47,324 nucleotides of DNA from Candidatus Ryanbacteria bacterium (GCA_009691385.1 SICQ01000002.1:1-47324); one strand, 5' to 3'. Numbered from the stretch's first letter, positions 20,472-30,597 are shown. Numbers and translations: made by a program. The notes: generated from the letters alone by a model not told the origin.

Positions 20472-20508
20472 AGAAAAAACTTAGCACGAGGAAGCCGTTA
20501 TGCCAACG

Positions 20509-22404
20509 CTACTCTTCTACTTCCCCTCCTTCGCGGAATGCCCGCGGATCATCACGGAGAGCGGTAGTGGCGCGGGCTGTTGTCTGGGTAATCGTAATAT
20601 TGGCAAACGAATCACGCCCTTCAAATCGTGCTGCGGACACGAGTTCTGCGGGCTGTCCTACTTGCGGGAGCGAGGGGGTAAACGCTATCTGAAAAGCCAC
20701 TTCGCGCGCCCGATCACTACTACCGGTACCGGCTGGGATACTGCCCGGGAGCCACGATATCTCGCGCGTTGCTTCATCAAAAGTAATCGGCGCGCCACTT
20801 GGCGGATCGACCACACCCCTCCAGCGTATATATGATGGCAATGTGGCACGCACCACGCCATCTGTCAGATCGTTGGTCGCGTTGGTCACCGACCATACGA
20901 TAAGATAGGTCGATTCCTGCCCTACACGCGGAGGAAAGGGCCCCGAATTTTGTACGCGCGAATCATAAAAATATCCTTTTTGAGAAAACGAGGCGCGGGT
21001 CGCAAGTTTGTAGGTCACTCGTTCTTCGCCTGAAATATCTACCCCTTCATATCCTGACGGCAATTCGCGTGTCTGCATGGTAGAACGAAACACGAGCGTA
21101 GGATTGCGTACGCTAATAGTTTTTTTGGTTGTGATGCTAAATCTAAATGCACCACTCTCGCCCGGATCCACCACTAAGAGTTCGGGTATGCGCCCTGGCA
21201 CCCAGCGTAAAGAATTGCGATCTTGGTCAAACTCGCCACGGTCACTAATAAGTGTCTTGATATCAAACGCTTCGCCTTCAAACGTGACTTCGACCGTAGC
21301 ATTGGAAACGGCAACGGGAAGATTATTTTGCCATTCAAGAACGGCTTTGATCGAAGTGCCAGCAAGCAACACTCCCGTATCAAGATCATCTTCGGCATTA
21401 ATCGTAAGCTTGGTCACCAACAGCGGCGGTGTAATAGCAAATGTTTTTTCAGACGAGGTGAATATATCAAATTCGTTCTTTGTGCGATCATACACGCCGA
21501 CCTTTGCTTTCATAGATTGTGGTGCTATCGAATCTTTGATGCGTCCCTTGACGGAAAGTTTGAAGGTATCGCCCTTGCCAAGGTCTCCTATGGTCCAGAT
21601 GGTATTGCCTTTGGTCGGCTTTATATTTGATGAAATAAATTCAAATGCGTCAGGGTACATCATTTCAACCGATATACCACGAAATGGCGTCTCGGCACTC
21701 GATACGAGCGAGAGCTGCGCTTCAATCTGCTGACCTGCCTTAAGCTCTTTTGGCAATAGCAACTCAACGCCCAAGAGCGACCCTTTGACGGGAGACTCGT
21801 AGGCAGTTTCTTTGGCGAGCAACACCGACGAATCGCGTGGACGATATTCGATCTTTACCTGTCCTTTTAAAATTTCATCTTGCGCGCCAAACACAATAGC
21901 TGAAAACAGTTCTTCTTTTTTATCACCTGGATTGATGGTGCCAAGCTCTCGCCGTTCAGGTCGTAAACCACCTTTCATATAATCACCTGAGAGCGGCTGC
22001 GACATAGGTGGATAGGCAAAAACAAGTACTGCTTTATCAAGCGCGATATCGTTTTTGTTTTCGTACACCACACGCCATACGAGTTTTTTGCCCGCGATAG
22101 CGTCATCAGCGCTCTCAACCGTGAGGTTAATATTTTTACGGGTATCAACGCCGAGAACAGACCATTTCCCTGAAATCAGTAAATAGCCCACCATCACAAT
22201 AGCGATAGTCCCCAATCCTCCACCAATACCCCACCACAAAAGTTTACGAAGAAATTTTTGCATAGAATCTTCCTCGACTACGGCGTCCTCCTTCCATGAC
22301 ACTGGAGCTTGCGTATTGTTTCTGCGAAGACGCCACGAATGTTCGCGGTCTTCAAACCCCTCGCCCTTTTTAAAAAGCCGCCGCCTTAGATCATCAAGCG
22401 CCAT
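20509..22404 (-). CDS. Membrane-anchored protein with Ig-like (DUF11-like) beta domains
   Basis: One N-terminal TM followed by a long beta-rich region. Start moved to ATG 22404, 6 nt after TATACT, which removes the overlap with recO. Confidence 0.8.
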   Translation of the reverse strand: MALDDLRRRLFKKGEGFEDREHSWRLRRNNTQAPVSWKEDAVVEEDSMQKFLRKLLWWGIGGGLGTIAIVMVGYLLISGKWSVLGVDTRKNINLTVESADDAIAGKKLVWRVVYENKNDIALDKAVLVFAYPPMSQPLSGDYMKGGLRPERRELGTINPGDKKEELFSAIVFGAQDEILKGQVKIEYRPRDSSVLLAKETAYESPVKGSLLGVELLLPKELKAGQQIEAQLSLVSSAETPFRGISVEMMYPDAFEFISSNIKPTKGNTIWTIGDLGKGDTFKLSVKGRIKDSIAPQSMKAKVGVYDRTKNEFDIFTSSEKTFAITPPLLVTKLTINAEDDLDTGVLLAGTSIKAVLEWQNNLPVAVSNATVEVTFEGEAFDIKTLISDRGEFDQDRNSLRWVPGRIPELLVVDPGESGAFRFSITTKKTISVRNPTLVFRSTMQTRELPSGYEGVDISGEERVTYKLATRASFSQKGYFYDSRVQNSGPFPPRVGQESTYLIVWSVTNATNDLTDGVVRATLPSYIRWRGVVDPPSGAPITFDEATREISWLPGSIPAGTGSSDRAREVAFQIAFTPSLPQVGQPAELVSAARFEGRDSFANITITQTTARATTALRDDPRAFREGGEVEE

Positions 22405-22408
22405 AGTG

Positions 22409-22978
22409 CTAGTATAGCATGTGATTAGCGCGCAGTATCCCCTCGATACCTTCTTCAAATGCTTCGCGCTCATTGGAGTCAGCAAAAAGACTATCATCTG
22501 ACCTCTCTGTGATAAACGCGCGCGCCTTTGGAGTAAAAAATTTTCCCTGCTCTGGAGTGTCTGGCAAAAAACCACTAACCTCTAGTACTCGGAGTTTAAA
22601 GCGCATCTCGTCAGAAAAATTGCGCACGGCGCGTATATCCAATACCGCATCCCATAAATCAAGATCGGGCTCTTCGTCTCCCGTCATGCGCAACATAAAA
22701 TCGGCGCATCGTTTATGATATGGCGTAGCCCCGCTCTCTAAAGCCCCTTCTGATTCTGCATCAATCACACGCCACACGGTACTGCCTCGCGTCAACATCA
22801 GACGCAGTGGCGTAAAAAGAGTCAGATGCCCACGCAATTTTGATTTGGCAAGACGCACACCGGTAGCAACCGCACTCACCCGACCCAAGTCTTTGGTAAA
22901 AAAAGTAAGATACACATCAGCCTCCCCCCGCTCGCGAGATGCGAGCACAATGGCATCCGTACCGTAATACCCATTCAT
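22409..22978 (-). CDS. recO: DNA repair protein RecO (short form)
   Basis: N-terminal OB-fold signature AIVL...GEAD...FTKDLGRV...GVRLAKSKL. Confidence 0.85.
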   Translation of the reverse strand: MNGYYGTDAIVLASRERGEADVYLTFFTKDLGRVSAVATGVRLAKSKLRGHLTLFTPLRLMLTRGSTVWRVIDAESEGALESGATPYHKRCADFMLRMTGDEEPDLDLWDAVLDIRAVRNFSDEMRFKLRVLEVSGFLPDTPEQGKFFTPKARAFITERSDDSLFADSNEREAFEEGIEGILRANHMLY

Positions 22979-22980
22979 AT

Positions 22981-25900
22981 TTAGACCTTTTCGACAGAGA
23001 CGATGCTGGGGCCTTTGTTGGTATCGGCGACTTCTAAGCGCTTGGCACGCGTGCCTTTTTTGATAGCCGCGAGCGCTGTGGGCGAGAAAGTACCTGTAAT
23101 AATGAGTGATACGGTATCGAGTGGCTGAAGACCCGCCTTTTTACGAGCATCTTGCGCGAAACGGATAAGCTCGCGCACCTCGCCTTCTTCTTTGAGTTCA
23201 GGGGAAATGACCATGTCGAGTGCCGCGTCTTCTGTTAGTTTTTTATTTACTACAATGCCTTTGACATTGAGCTCTTCTTTTAAAATATCAAGGAGTGACG
23301 CGTCGCGCACAGTGATACCCTTTACCATCAAAGATGCGAGCGGCTGGCGTACTTTGATACCGGCGCGCGCACGAAGCTCAAGCCCACGCGCGGCAAGCGC
23401 GCGCACTTCGTCCATGCCGCTCACAAGTGCTTTGTTATATGCCTGCTTTTTATGCCAATCTTCCAGATGCACGCTCTCGCGTTTACCACCTGCCGCGCGA
23501 TATATGATCTCTGCGGTAAATGGCACAAAGGGCGCTGCGAGTACTGCGGTCTGCAAAAGCGTTTTGCGTAAAATCTCAACACCCTCGCCTGAGCGCATCC
23601 GTTCGCGCGACCGGCGCACATACCAGCGCGAGATATCATTGCCCACGAAATCTTCGATAAGGCGCGCCGCACCCACCACATCATACGCATCCATGCGACG
23701 CGCGACCTCGGCGCTCACCTGAGCAGATTTCGCCTCCATCCACAAATCAAGGGTATTTTTGCGTGATGTTTTTTTGGCGACTGGTTTATACATCTCATAG
23801 AAATTGAGTGTATTGAGAAAAAGATCGATAAATGTTCGTTTTGATTTTTCAAGATCAGAAGTATCAAAGAGCTTGGAATCACCTGGCTGATTGATAGTAA
23901 AGAAATACCAACGCACCGCATCGGCGCCATATTTTTCAAAAAGATCCATGGGTTCTACCACATTGCCTTTTGATTTCGACATTTTCTTTCCTTCTGCATC
24001 CAACAAGTGCCCGAGTGAAATAACATTTTTATACGGCGCTTTTTTGCCCAAAAGCGTCGAGACTGCGAGCAGCGTATAAAACCACCCTCGTGTCTGATCG
24101 ATCGCCTCAGAGATAAAGTCAGCGGGGTAGGCCGTGCCCTTGTCGATACGGGCTTTATTTTCAAACGGATAGTGTTGTGCAGCAAATGGCATCGCGCCCG
24201 AATCAAACCATACATCAGCGACCTCGGGCGTGCGATCCATCTTTGTAAGACACCCCGAACACATCACGGGAAAATTATCGATAAACGGTTTATGAAGATC
24301 CGTCTCGCCAAACTCATTGCGCGGCACCGCCACGGGTACGATGCGATGCACATCAGCATTTTTGAGATATTTGGCCTGTGAAAACTCATCTGGCTGTTGT
24401 GTGCCACGCATGATCGCCTCTAAAAACCAGAGCGGATCTCCATGACCTACGATCAAAATCTTTTTCTTTTTGTGCAATGTCTCGAGTCTTTGAAAAAATC
24501 GATAACTGCGCTTTTTGACATCAGCCCACGACTCGCCACCCGGAAACGGGTGTTTGAGGATTTCTTCGGCGGTATGCTTTTTCCAAATGTCTTCGACAGC
24601 ATCGCCCTCATAATCTCCTGGATTGTGCTCGCGCAAGTCAGCATCGTACAAGACCGGCACGCGAAGTTCGCGCGCTAAAATCGCCGCCGTCTCGCGCGTA
24701 CGGGTGAGGTCTGATGAAATAATCAATTGAATACCTGATTTTTTGAGAACCGCTGCTGCTTTTTTTACCTCCGTCTTACCGCGTGGCAAAAGCCCATACG
24801 AATTATTGAGTTTGGCGGTTGCGATACCGAGTAAATTATTTTTCGCAAACCCGTGACGCATCAAGAAATAAGTGTTGGTAGATTTTGGTGCGCGCTCTGA
24901 TATCTCGGCGATTGAGCCAAAAACATCCCTGCGATTACATTCTTTGCATGACCATACCGGTAGCGGCGTGCCCCAATAGCGCTCTCGAGAAAATGCCCAG
25001 TCTTTGTCCTCGCGAAGCCATTGGCCAAAGCGACCATCACGCAAATGCGCCGGATGCCAGTTGATCGATTTGTTTGCTTCTACCATCTTGGGACGCACCG
25101 CACTGACCTTCACCCACCATGACTTGCGTACACGATAGATAAGCGGCGTATCGCATCGCCAGCAAAATGGATAATCATGCTCGTAGAGCGCCTCGCGAAA
25201 TAACAGCCCTTTTTGTATCAAATCTTTTACTACAAACGGATCAGCTTCTTTGACAAACATCCCTTCCCACTGCGGTACTGCTTTGGTAAATTTACCTGCG
25301 TCATCAACCGTAACAAAAGTCGGCAATCCTTCGCGCTTGCCTACCTTTAAGTCATCGTCGCCGAACGCGGGCGCGATATGCACGATACCGGTACCCTCTT
25401 GGTCAGTGATAAAAGTGCCTGCAACCACACGATACGGAATATCAGGCGCGGGATAGGGCGGATCATACTCAAGACCCAAAAGCTTTGAGCCCGGCTCGCG
25501 CCAGAGAGGTTCGAGCCCGGGGAAGAGTTTTGCCGCAAGCGACCCGAGTACGATAAGCTGCTCGCCCCGGTCATCAATAGTCACATATTCAAGCTCGGGG
25601 TGTACGGCTGCTGCCACATTGGCCGGTAGTGTCCACGGCGTTGTAGTCCATACCAAAAGTGATGCTCTGCGTGTTTTGAGACGAAAGCGCACAAATACTG
25701 ATTGATCTTTTACTTTTTTATATCCTTGCGCGAGCTCGTGAGACGACAATGCGGTACCGCACCGCGCGCACCACGGCACCACCTTGTCATCCTGATACAG
25801 CAATTTGCGCGCATTAAACTCTTTGACGATATGCCAAAGTGATTCAATGTATGAATTTTTATAGGTGACATAGGGATTTTTGGTATCAATCCAATACCCC

Positions 25901-26280
25901 ATGCGCTCGGTGACTTTCTCCCACTGGCTTGTATACAGCCAGACGGATTCTTTACATTTGCGATTAAACGGTTCGATACCGTACGCCTCGATATCTTGTT
26001 TCAATTTAAAACCGAGTGCTTTCTCAACAGCGATCTCGACAGGCAAACCATGGGTGTCCCAACCCGCACGGCGCTCAACCAAAAAACCTTGCATAGTCTT
26101 ATAGCGCGCGATGACATCTTTGAACGCACGGGCTTCTACATGATGCAACCCCGGCATGCCGTTTGCCGTAGGTGGCCCCTCAAAAAAAACAAAGCGCTTT
26201 GCCTGAGCGCGTTGCTTAATGCTTTTTTCAAAAATATTTTTCTGGGTCCAGAATCCAAGGACGCCACGCTCATCTCGCAT
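22981..26280 (-). CDS. ileS: Isoleucine--tRNA ligase (type 2) with an inserted histidine-phosphatase domain
   Basis: EGPPTANG, GWDTHGLPVE, WTTTPWTLP, GTGIVHIAPAFG, SRERYWGTPLP, DQTRGWF, KMSKS. Confidence 0.96.
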   Translation of the reverse strand: MRDERGVLGFWTQKNIFEKSIKQRAQAKRFVFFEGPPTANGMPGLHHVEARAFKDVIARYKTMQGFLVERRAGWDTHGLPVEIAVEKALGFKLKQDIEAYGIEPFNRKCKESVWLYTSQWEKVTERMGYWIDTKNPYVTYKNSYIESLWHIVKEFNARKLLYQDDKVVPWCARCGTALSSHELAQGYKKVKDQSVFVRFRLKTRRASLLVWTTTPWTLPANVAAAVHPELEYVTIDDRGEQLIVLGSLAAKLFPGLEPLWREPGSKLLGLEYDPPYPAPDIPYRVVAGTFITDQEGTGIVHIAPAFGDDDLKVGKREGLPTFVTVDDAGKFTKAVPQWEGMFVKEADPFVVKDLIQKGLLFREALYEHDYPFCWRCDTPLIYRVRKSWWVKVSAVRPKMVEANKSINWHPAHLRDGRFGQWLREDKDWAFSRERYWGTPLPVWSCKECNRRDVFGSIAEISERAPKSTNTYFLMRHGFAKNNLLGIATAKLNNSYGLLPRGKTEVKKAAAVLKKSGIQLIISSDLTRTRETAAILARELRVPVLYDADLREHNPGDYEGDAVEDIWKKHTAEEILKHPFPGGESWADVKKRSYRFFQRLETLHKKKKILIVGHGDPLWFLEAIMRGTQQPDEFSQAKYLKNADVHRIVPVAVPRNEFGETDLHKPFIDNFPVMCSGCLTKMDRTPEVADVWFDSGAMPFAAQHYPFENKARIDKGTAYPADFISEAIDQTRGWFYTLLAVSTLLGKKAPYKNVISLGHLLDAEGKKMSKSKGNVVEPMDLFEKYGADAVRWYFFTINQPGDSKLFDTSDLEKSKRTFIDLFLNTLNFYEMYKPVAKKTSRKNTLDLWMEAKSAQVSAEVARRMDAYDVVGAARLIEDFVGNDISRWYVRRSRERMRSGEGVEILRKTLLQTAVLAAPFVPFTAEIIYRAAGGKRESVHLEDWHKKQAYNKALVSGMDEVRALAARGLELRARAGIKVRQPLASLMVKGITVRDASLLDILKEELNVKGIVVNKKLTEDAALDMVISPELKEEGEVRELIRFAQDARKKAGLQPLDTVSLIITGTFSPTALAAIKKGTRAKRLEVADTNKGPSIVSVEKV

Positions 26281-26286
26281 TTTTTA

Positions 26287-26315
26287 ACTCTAATCGAAAA
26301 ACGGTCTTTTTTCAA
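26287..26315 (-). promoter_or_regulatory. Leaderless-type promoter of ileS
   Basis: TTGAAA-17-TAGAGT; the -10 box is 6 nt from ATG 26280. Confidence 0.65.
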
Positions 26316-26323
26316 ATGCGCAC

Positions 26324-26352
26324 TTGCGAAAACGGTCACCGTTCTCTAGGAT
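26324..26352 (+). promoter_or_regulatory. sigma70-type promoter of the protease gene
   Basis: TTGCGA-17-TAGGAT. Confidence 0.6.
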
Positions 26353-26388
26353 AGACGCTAGACAACGACCCTCGACAAGGAGGTAATA

Positions 26389-27597
26389 ATGTACTGGAGA
26401 AAGAACTGTGGAATCGTAGGATCTCTAACCTTCACACTCGCGTGCTTCGCCGCGACAGCCGCGGCGAAGCAACCGACCAAACAGGAAATCGTCGAGCACT
26501 ATGCGAAAGCGGTCGTGCTCGTCGAGCGCTTGACCGTCGGCGAAAGCGTGAAAGTCCAAGGGTCGGGCGTATTCTACAGCCCCACCCGCATCGTCACCAA
26601 CGCCCATGTGATCGGCGACATCCCCGAAAACCGCGAGACAGTCGAACGCGTGTACATGGATACGGATCTCTCACGCGCCGTGTTCTGGGTGACCTTTCTA
26701 GGCAAGAAGTACAAGGCACGCCTTGTAGGACGCGACCCCGATCTTGACCTTGCAATCCTCGAGATCGACCACGCTGTAGACGGCGTGCGCCCTGCGCGGT
26801 TCGGTGACTCCGGCAAGTGCGCGGCCGGACACGAAGTCTATGTGTTCGGCAACCCGCTCGGCATGGAAAACTCTGTGACTTCGGGTATCGTCTCGGGCAA
26901 GGAGCGGCGCATTGGCATGCTCAGCTACGAAGAGCTCATCCAGACAGACGCGCCTATCAATCCTGGTAATTCAGGTGGTGCACTCGTCTCGATGGAGACC
27001 GGCGAGCTGCTTGGTATCCCCAACTCCAAGATTCCCTTCGCTGACAATATGGGCTTTGCCGTACCGATCAATCTGTTTCGCGACATCGAGCCACAGCTCC
27101 AAGGCACCATCAAACATAGCTGGCTCGGCATCTCATTCCCCGGACCCAAGTTCACCGATTCTGAAGGTTTTCAGGGATTGAAAGCAATCCACGAGCTCAC
27201 GGGTGCCAATCACCTTGAGGTACTCGACGGTATCAGACGCGAGGTGTTTGATAAAGACAAAGGCGGGGTACTCGTCACCAATGTGATGCGGGCGCATGTC
27301 GATAAGCTCTACGCGATACTCGCCTCCGATGGCGAGAACGCCGCCGCTGAAGCGACTGCCCGTACGCCACCCGCGCTCAAAGCAGGATTCGAGCTCGGTG
27401 ATGTCATCACCAAATTCGGAGAGTTTGAGATCAAGCGCGATCTCGACCTCATCCGCGCCATCTTCCGCAGTAAACCTCGCGAAACACTACCCGTGCGCAT
27501 AGTACGTTTCGACAGTACAGACAAGCGTACCGAAGTCGTACTCATGGTCACCCCCATCGTCCGCAATCCAGACGGCGTGGCGGGTGGCTTCTACTAA
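26389..27597 (+). CDS. HtrA/DegP-family trypsin-like serine protease with signal peptide and PDZ domain
   Basis: TNAHV, DLAIL, IQTDAPINPGNSGG triad; AxA signal peptide; PDZ-like C terminus; SD AAGGAGGT. Confidence 0.9.
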   Translation: MYWRKNCGIVGSLTFTLACFAATAAAKQPTKQEIVEHYAKAVVLVERLTVGESVKVQGSGVFYSPTRIVTNAHVIGDIPENRETVERVYMDTDLSRAVFWVTFLGKKYKARLVGRDPDLDLAILEIDHAVDGVRPARFGDSGKCAAGHEVYVFGNPLGMENSVTSGIVSGKERRIGMLSYEELIQTDAPINPGNSGGALVSMETGELLGIPNSKIPFADNMGFAVPINLFRDIEPQLQGTIKHSWLGISFPGPKFTDSEGFQGLKAIHELTGANHLEVLDGIRREVFDKDKGGVLVTNVMRAHVDKLYAILASDGENAAAEATARTPPALKAGFELGDVITKFGEFEIKRDLDLIRAIFRSKPRETLPVRIVRFDSTDKRTEVVLMVTPIVRNPDGVAGGFY

Positions 27598-27615
27598 CAT
27601 GTGCGCAAAAAGCAC

Positions 27616-27648
27616 AAGAGCGAGCCCCACGGCTCGCTCTTTTTCTTT
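27616..27648 (+). terminator. Intrinsic terminator
   Basis: AAGAGCGAGCC-CCAC-GGCTCGCTCTT followed by TTTCTTT. Confidence 0.8.
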
Positions 27649-27668
27649 GTTCTATAATTTCTAAAATA

Positions 27669-28364
27669 TTATTCAGTGATCACTACCTCGGTCATCGCAT
27701 CACCTTGTGCAACCTTCAGGAGAACATCCATGCCCTTGGTCACGCGACCGAATACGGTATGACGACCATCGAGATGCACTTGCGCACTCTCGGTGATGAT
27801 GAAGAACTGGCTGCCGTTGGTATTGGGACCACGGTTTGCCATGGCGATAGCGCCGACATCGTTTTTCATTGATTTGAGATCGTAGTTGTACTTATATCCT
27901 GATGCCTCGAGCCTTGAGATCATGTCTGCTGGCACACCGAGTACTTTTGGATTGATCTCATCTTCAAACTCATAGCCGGGGCCACCCGTACCGTTACCTG
28001 ATGGGTCACCACCCTGTGCCATAAAGCCAGCGATCACACGGTGAAAGACAAGGCCGTTGTAAAATCCTTTTTTACTAAGTGTGACAAAGTTTGATACAGT
28101 CTTTGGCGCTACCTCGGGATACAGCTCAAGCTCGATATCACCTTTTTGTGTTTTGATTGTTGCTTTCACAGTTTTTCCATTAAATTGCATAATCTCGGGC
28201 CCTGCCATGACTTCTGGAGGCGGTGGCACGGTCTGATCAGTCAGAGAAGCAGTACCTGCATCATTTGTCGCAGGCTTGCTCGTGCCAAGCCAAACAACTC
28301 CCCCGAACACGACGAAGAGTGCGAGAAGTCCGATAATAACATTGCGTGGTTGTTGCATATCCAT
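27669..28364 (-). CDS. Cyclophilin-type peptidyl-prolyl isomerase with N-terminal membrane anchor
   Basis: [47 protein letters not shown]. Confidence 0.95.
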   Translation of the reverse strand: MDMQQPRNVIIGLLALFVVFGGVVWLGTSKPATNDAGTASLTDQTVPPPPEVMAGPEIMQFNGKTVKATIKTQKGDIELELYPEVAPKTVSNFVTLSKKGFYNGLVFHRVIAGFMAQGGDPSGNGTGGPGYEFEDEINPKVLGVPADMISRLEASGYKYNYDLKSMKNDVGAIAMANRGPNTNGSQFFIITESAQVHLDGRHTVFGRVTKGMDVLLKVAQGDAMTEVVITE

Positions 28365-28403
28365 GGAGAAATACTAAACTATTTTTTTTGCAGACGCAAC
28401 TGT

Positions 28404-30038
28404 TTACATCGTATCAGGGGTAGAGATACCCATGAGCTTACATTGCCTCTGCATGGTCTCACGAAAGAGCGATACGAGAGCGAGGCGCGCATATTCAAGA
28501 TCAGCGCGCTCACCTATCACATGCGTCGTTTCATAAAAACGCGTGAAGGCGCGAGCAAAATCAAGCGCAAAGCGTGAAAGACGCTGGAGCTGAAAATCTT
28601 CGGCAGTTTGCGAAATCGCATCGGGCAACGCCAAGACCATCTTGATGAGTGTGAGTTCGGCCTCAGTCTCTAAGATAGGCCATGCCACTTTTTTGTAATT
28701 TATCTTGCGTTTACCTTGATATCCGGCCTTTTTGAGGATGCTCGATGCGCGGGCGTGTGCGTACTGTATATAGTAGACAGGATTGTCTTTTGACTTGGCG
28801 CGTGCCAAATCCATATCAAAGGTCATGGCTGATCGTGGCGCGTACTGCAGCATGAAAAACCTAAAGGCGTCCTTACCTACGGTATCGAGTAGCTCTTCGG
28901 CGGTGACAAAAGTGCCCTTGCGCTTGGCCATCGATACCACCTGCCCGTCTTTTTTGAGCGTCACAAGACCGTGAACCACAATTTTGAGATTTTCTTGCGG
29001 GAATCCAAATGCATCGGCAATCGCACGAAGTTTTGGTATATGACCTTCATGCCCATCGCCCAATTCATCTACTACGAGATCCGCGCGCTTAAACTTTTCT
29101 GCGTGATATGCAATATCACCCGCAAAATATACATAGGTGCCATCACTCTTGATGACGACCGATTCGCGCTCGCCCAAATTGTCATCCTTGGGTGTAAACC
29201 ACACCGCGCCTTCTTTTTTGGTCAGCAATCCTTTTTTATCGAGCAGGGCGAGCGCGCGCTTGGTCTTTACCTCGAGATCACTCTCAGCGACAACTTTGTC
29301 AAAGACAATACCCATGCGCTTTGCGAGCGCCAAGTTATCTTTGAGCATGCCTGCGAGCGCAGCCTTGGTAATGCGTTCTTTATACAGATCGGGTTTTTGT
29401 AAAATCTTGGCGCCGTATTTTTTATGCACGGCCTTGCCCATCTCTTGGATGTACTCGCCCTGATAACCATCTTCTGCGAGCACTGACTGCTCTCCGCACG
29501 CAATCATGTACCAATGCCATAGTGAGTCAGCAAAGCGGCCGATCTGCGCGCCCGCGTCATTGTGAAAATATTCACGCACTACTTTGTATCCGCGATCTTT
29601 CAGTAAGTTCGCCACTACATCGCCGATGGGTCCTGACCGCGCGTTGCCAATATGCATAGGGCCCGTAGGATTGGCTGAAATATATTCTACCGATGCCGTA
29701 CCAAGCTTGGGCTTTGGTTCTGACGCAAACGAATCACGCAAGATCTCGATCAAGTATTGTTTGTCAAAATAAAAATTTAAAAAGCCAGGCGAGGCCGCCT
29801 CAATCTTACTAAAAACAGGCAGGTGTTTTTCTTTGATGCGGATTGCGATATCTTCGGCAACTGCCATAGGCAGGCGCTTCTCAACTTTGGCGCGTACGAG
29901 CGCGATGTTTGATGAGTAGTCTCCCCTTGCCTCGCCTTGGGCGGGCCGGCCTTCTTGGCGTTCAACCGAAAAAGGCACATCAGATCCTATCTCGCGATGC
30001 AAAATGTCTTCTATATAGGTACGAAGATTGCGTTCCAT
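28404..30038 (-). CDS. argS: Arginine--tRNA ligase
   Basis: GDYSSN, PGFLNF, SANPTGPMHIGNAR, NPVYYIQYAHAR; start could be 30038 or 30050. Confidence 0.96.
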   Translation of the reverse strand: MERNLRTYIEDILHREIGSDVPFSVERQEGRPAQGEARGDYSSNIALVRAKVEKRLPMAVAEDIAIRIKEKHLPVFSKIEAASPGFLNFYFDKQYLIEILRDSFASEPKPKLGTASVEYISANPTGPMHIGNARSGPIGDVVANLLKDRGYKVVREYFHNDAGAQIGRFADSLWHWYMIACGEQSVLAEDGYQGEYIQEMGKAVHKKYGAKILQKPDLYKERITKAALAGMLKDNLALAKRMGIVFDKVVAESDLEVKTKRALALLDKKGLLTKKEGAVWFTPKDDNLGERESVVIKSDGTYVYFAGDIAYHAEKFKRADLVVDELGDGHEGHIPKLRAIADAFGFPQENLKIVVHGLVTLKKDGQVVSMAKRKGTFVTAEELLDTVGKDAFRFFMLQYAPRSAMTFDMDLARAKSKDNPVYYIQYAHARASSILKKAGYQGKRKINYKKVAWPILETEAELTLIKMVLALPDAISQTAEDFQLQRLSRFALDFARAFTRFYETTHVIGERADLEYARLALVSLFRETMQRQCKLMGISTPDTM

Positions 30039-30093
30039 GTCAGTAAGCACTACTCTAACGCAAAAACCATATTTGTTCTATATTGGAGAAGCG

Positions 30094-30534
30094 ATGACCA
30101 CGCAAAACAAAAAAGTACACTTTGACTACGAGATACTCGAAACCTATGAGGCGGGCATCGAGCTTTTTGGCTTTGAGGTCAAATCAATACGCGCGGGCAA
30201 CGCTCATCTGGAGGGCGCACGCGTACTCATCCGTGGCAATGAGGCATTTTTGGTGGGGGCGAGTATACCCCCCTACCAGCAGCCAAATACCCCGCCATCA
30301 TACGAGCCTGACCGTACGCGCAAGCTCTTGCTTCATAAAAAAGAGCTCTCGTACCTTGCTGGCAAAGAGCACGAAAAGGGCTTGACATTGGTGCCGATTA
30401 AGTTGTATAATAAAGCCCGTACCATCAAACTAGAGTTTGGCGTGGCACGCGGAAAACGAAACTTTGACAAGCGCGAAACCATCAAAAAACGCGAGGTCAA
30501 GCGATCGATTTCTCGAGAATTGAAAAAATACTAA
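30094..30534 (+). CDS. smpB: SsrA-binding protein SmpB
   Basis: NKKVHFDY, EAGIEL-G-EVKSIR, RTRKLLLHK, DKRETIK; adjacent to tmRNA. Confidence 0.97.
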   Translation: MTTQNKKVHFDYEILETYEAGIELFGFEVKSIRAGNAHLEGARVLIRGNEAFLVGASIPPYQQPNTPPSYEPDRTRKLLLHKKELSYLAGKEHEKGLTLVPIKLYNKARTIKLEFGVARGKRNFDKRETIKKREVKRSISRELKKY

Positions 30535-30597
30535 AGCAGTTTGGTGCTTCCAAAAAATGTCGCGAGCGCGATTCAAAACGTGCTCATAGCATGTTTT

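Noticed and set aside
22405..22575. Long N-terminal extension of the 688-aa ORF
   Set aside because: It overlaps recO. ATG 22404 fits the leaderless pattern.
24340..24880. Intein as the explanation for the IleRS insertion
   Set aside because: No C/S start, HN end or LAGLIDADG motifs. The insert has histidine-phosphatase motifs.
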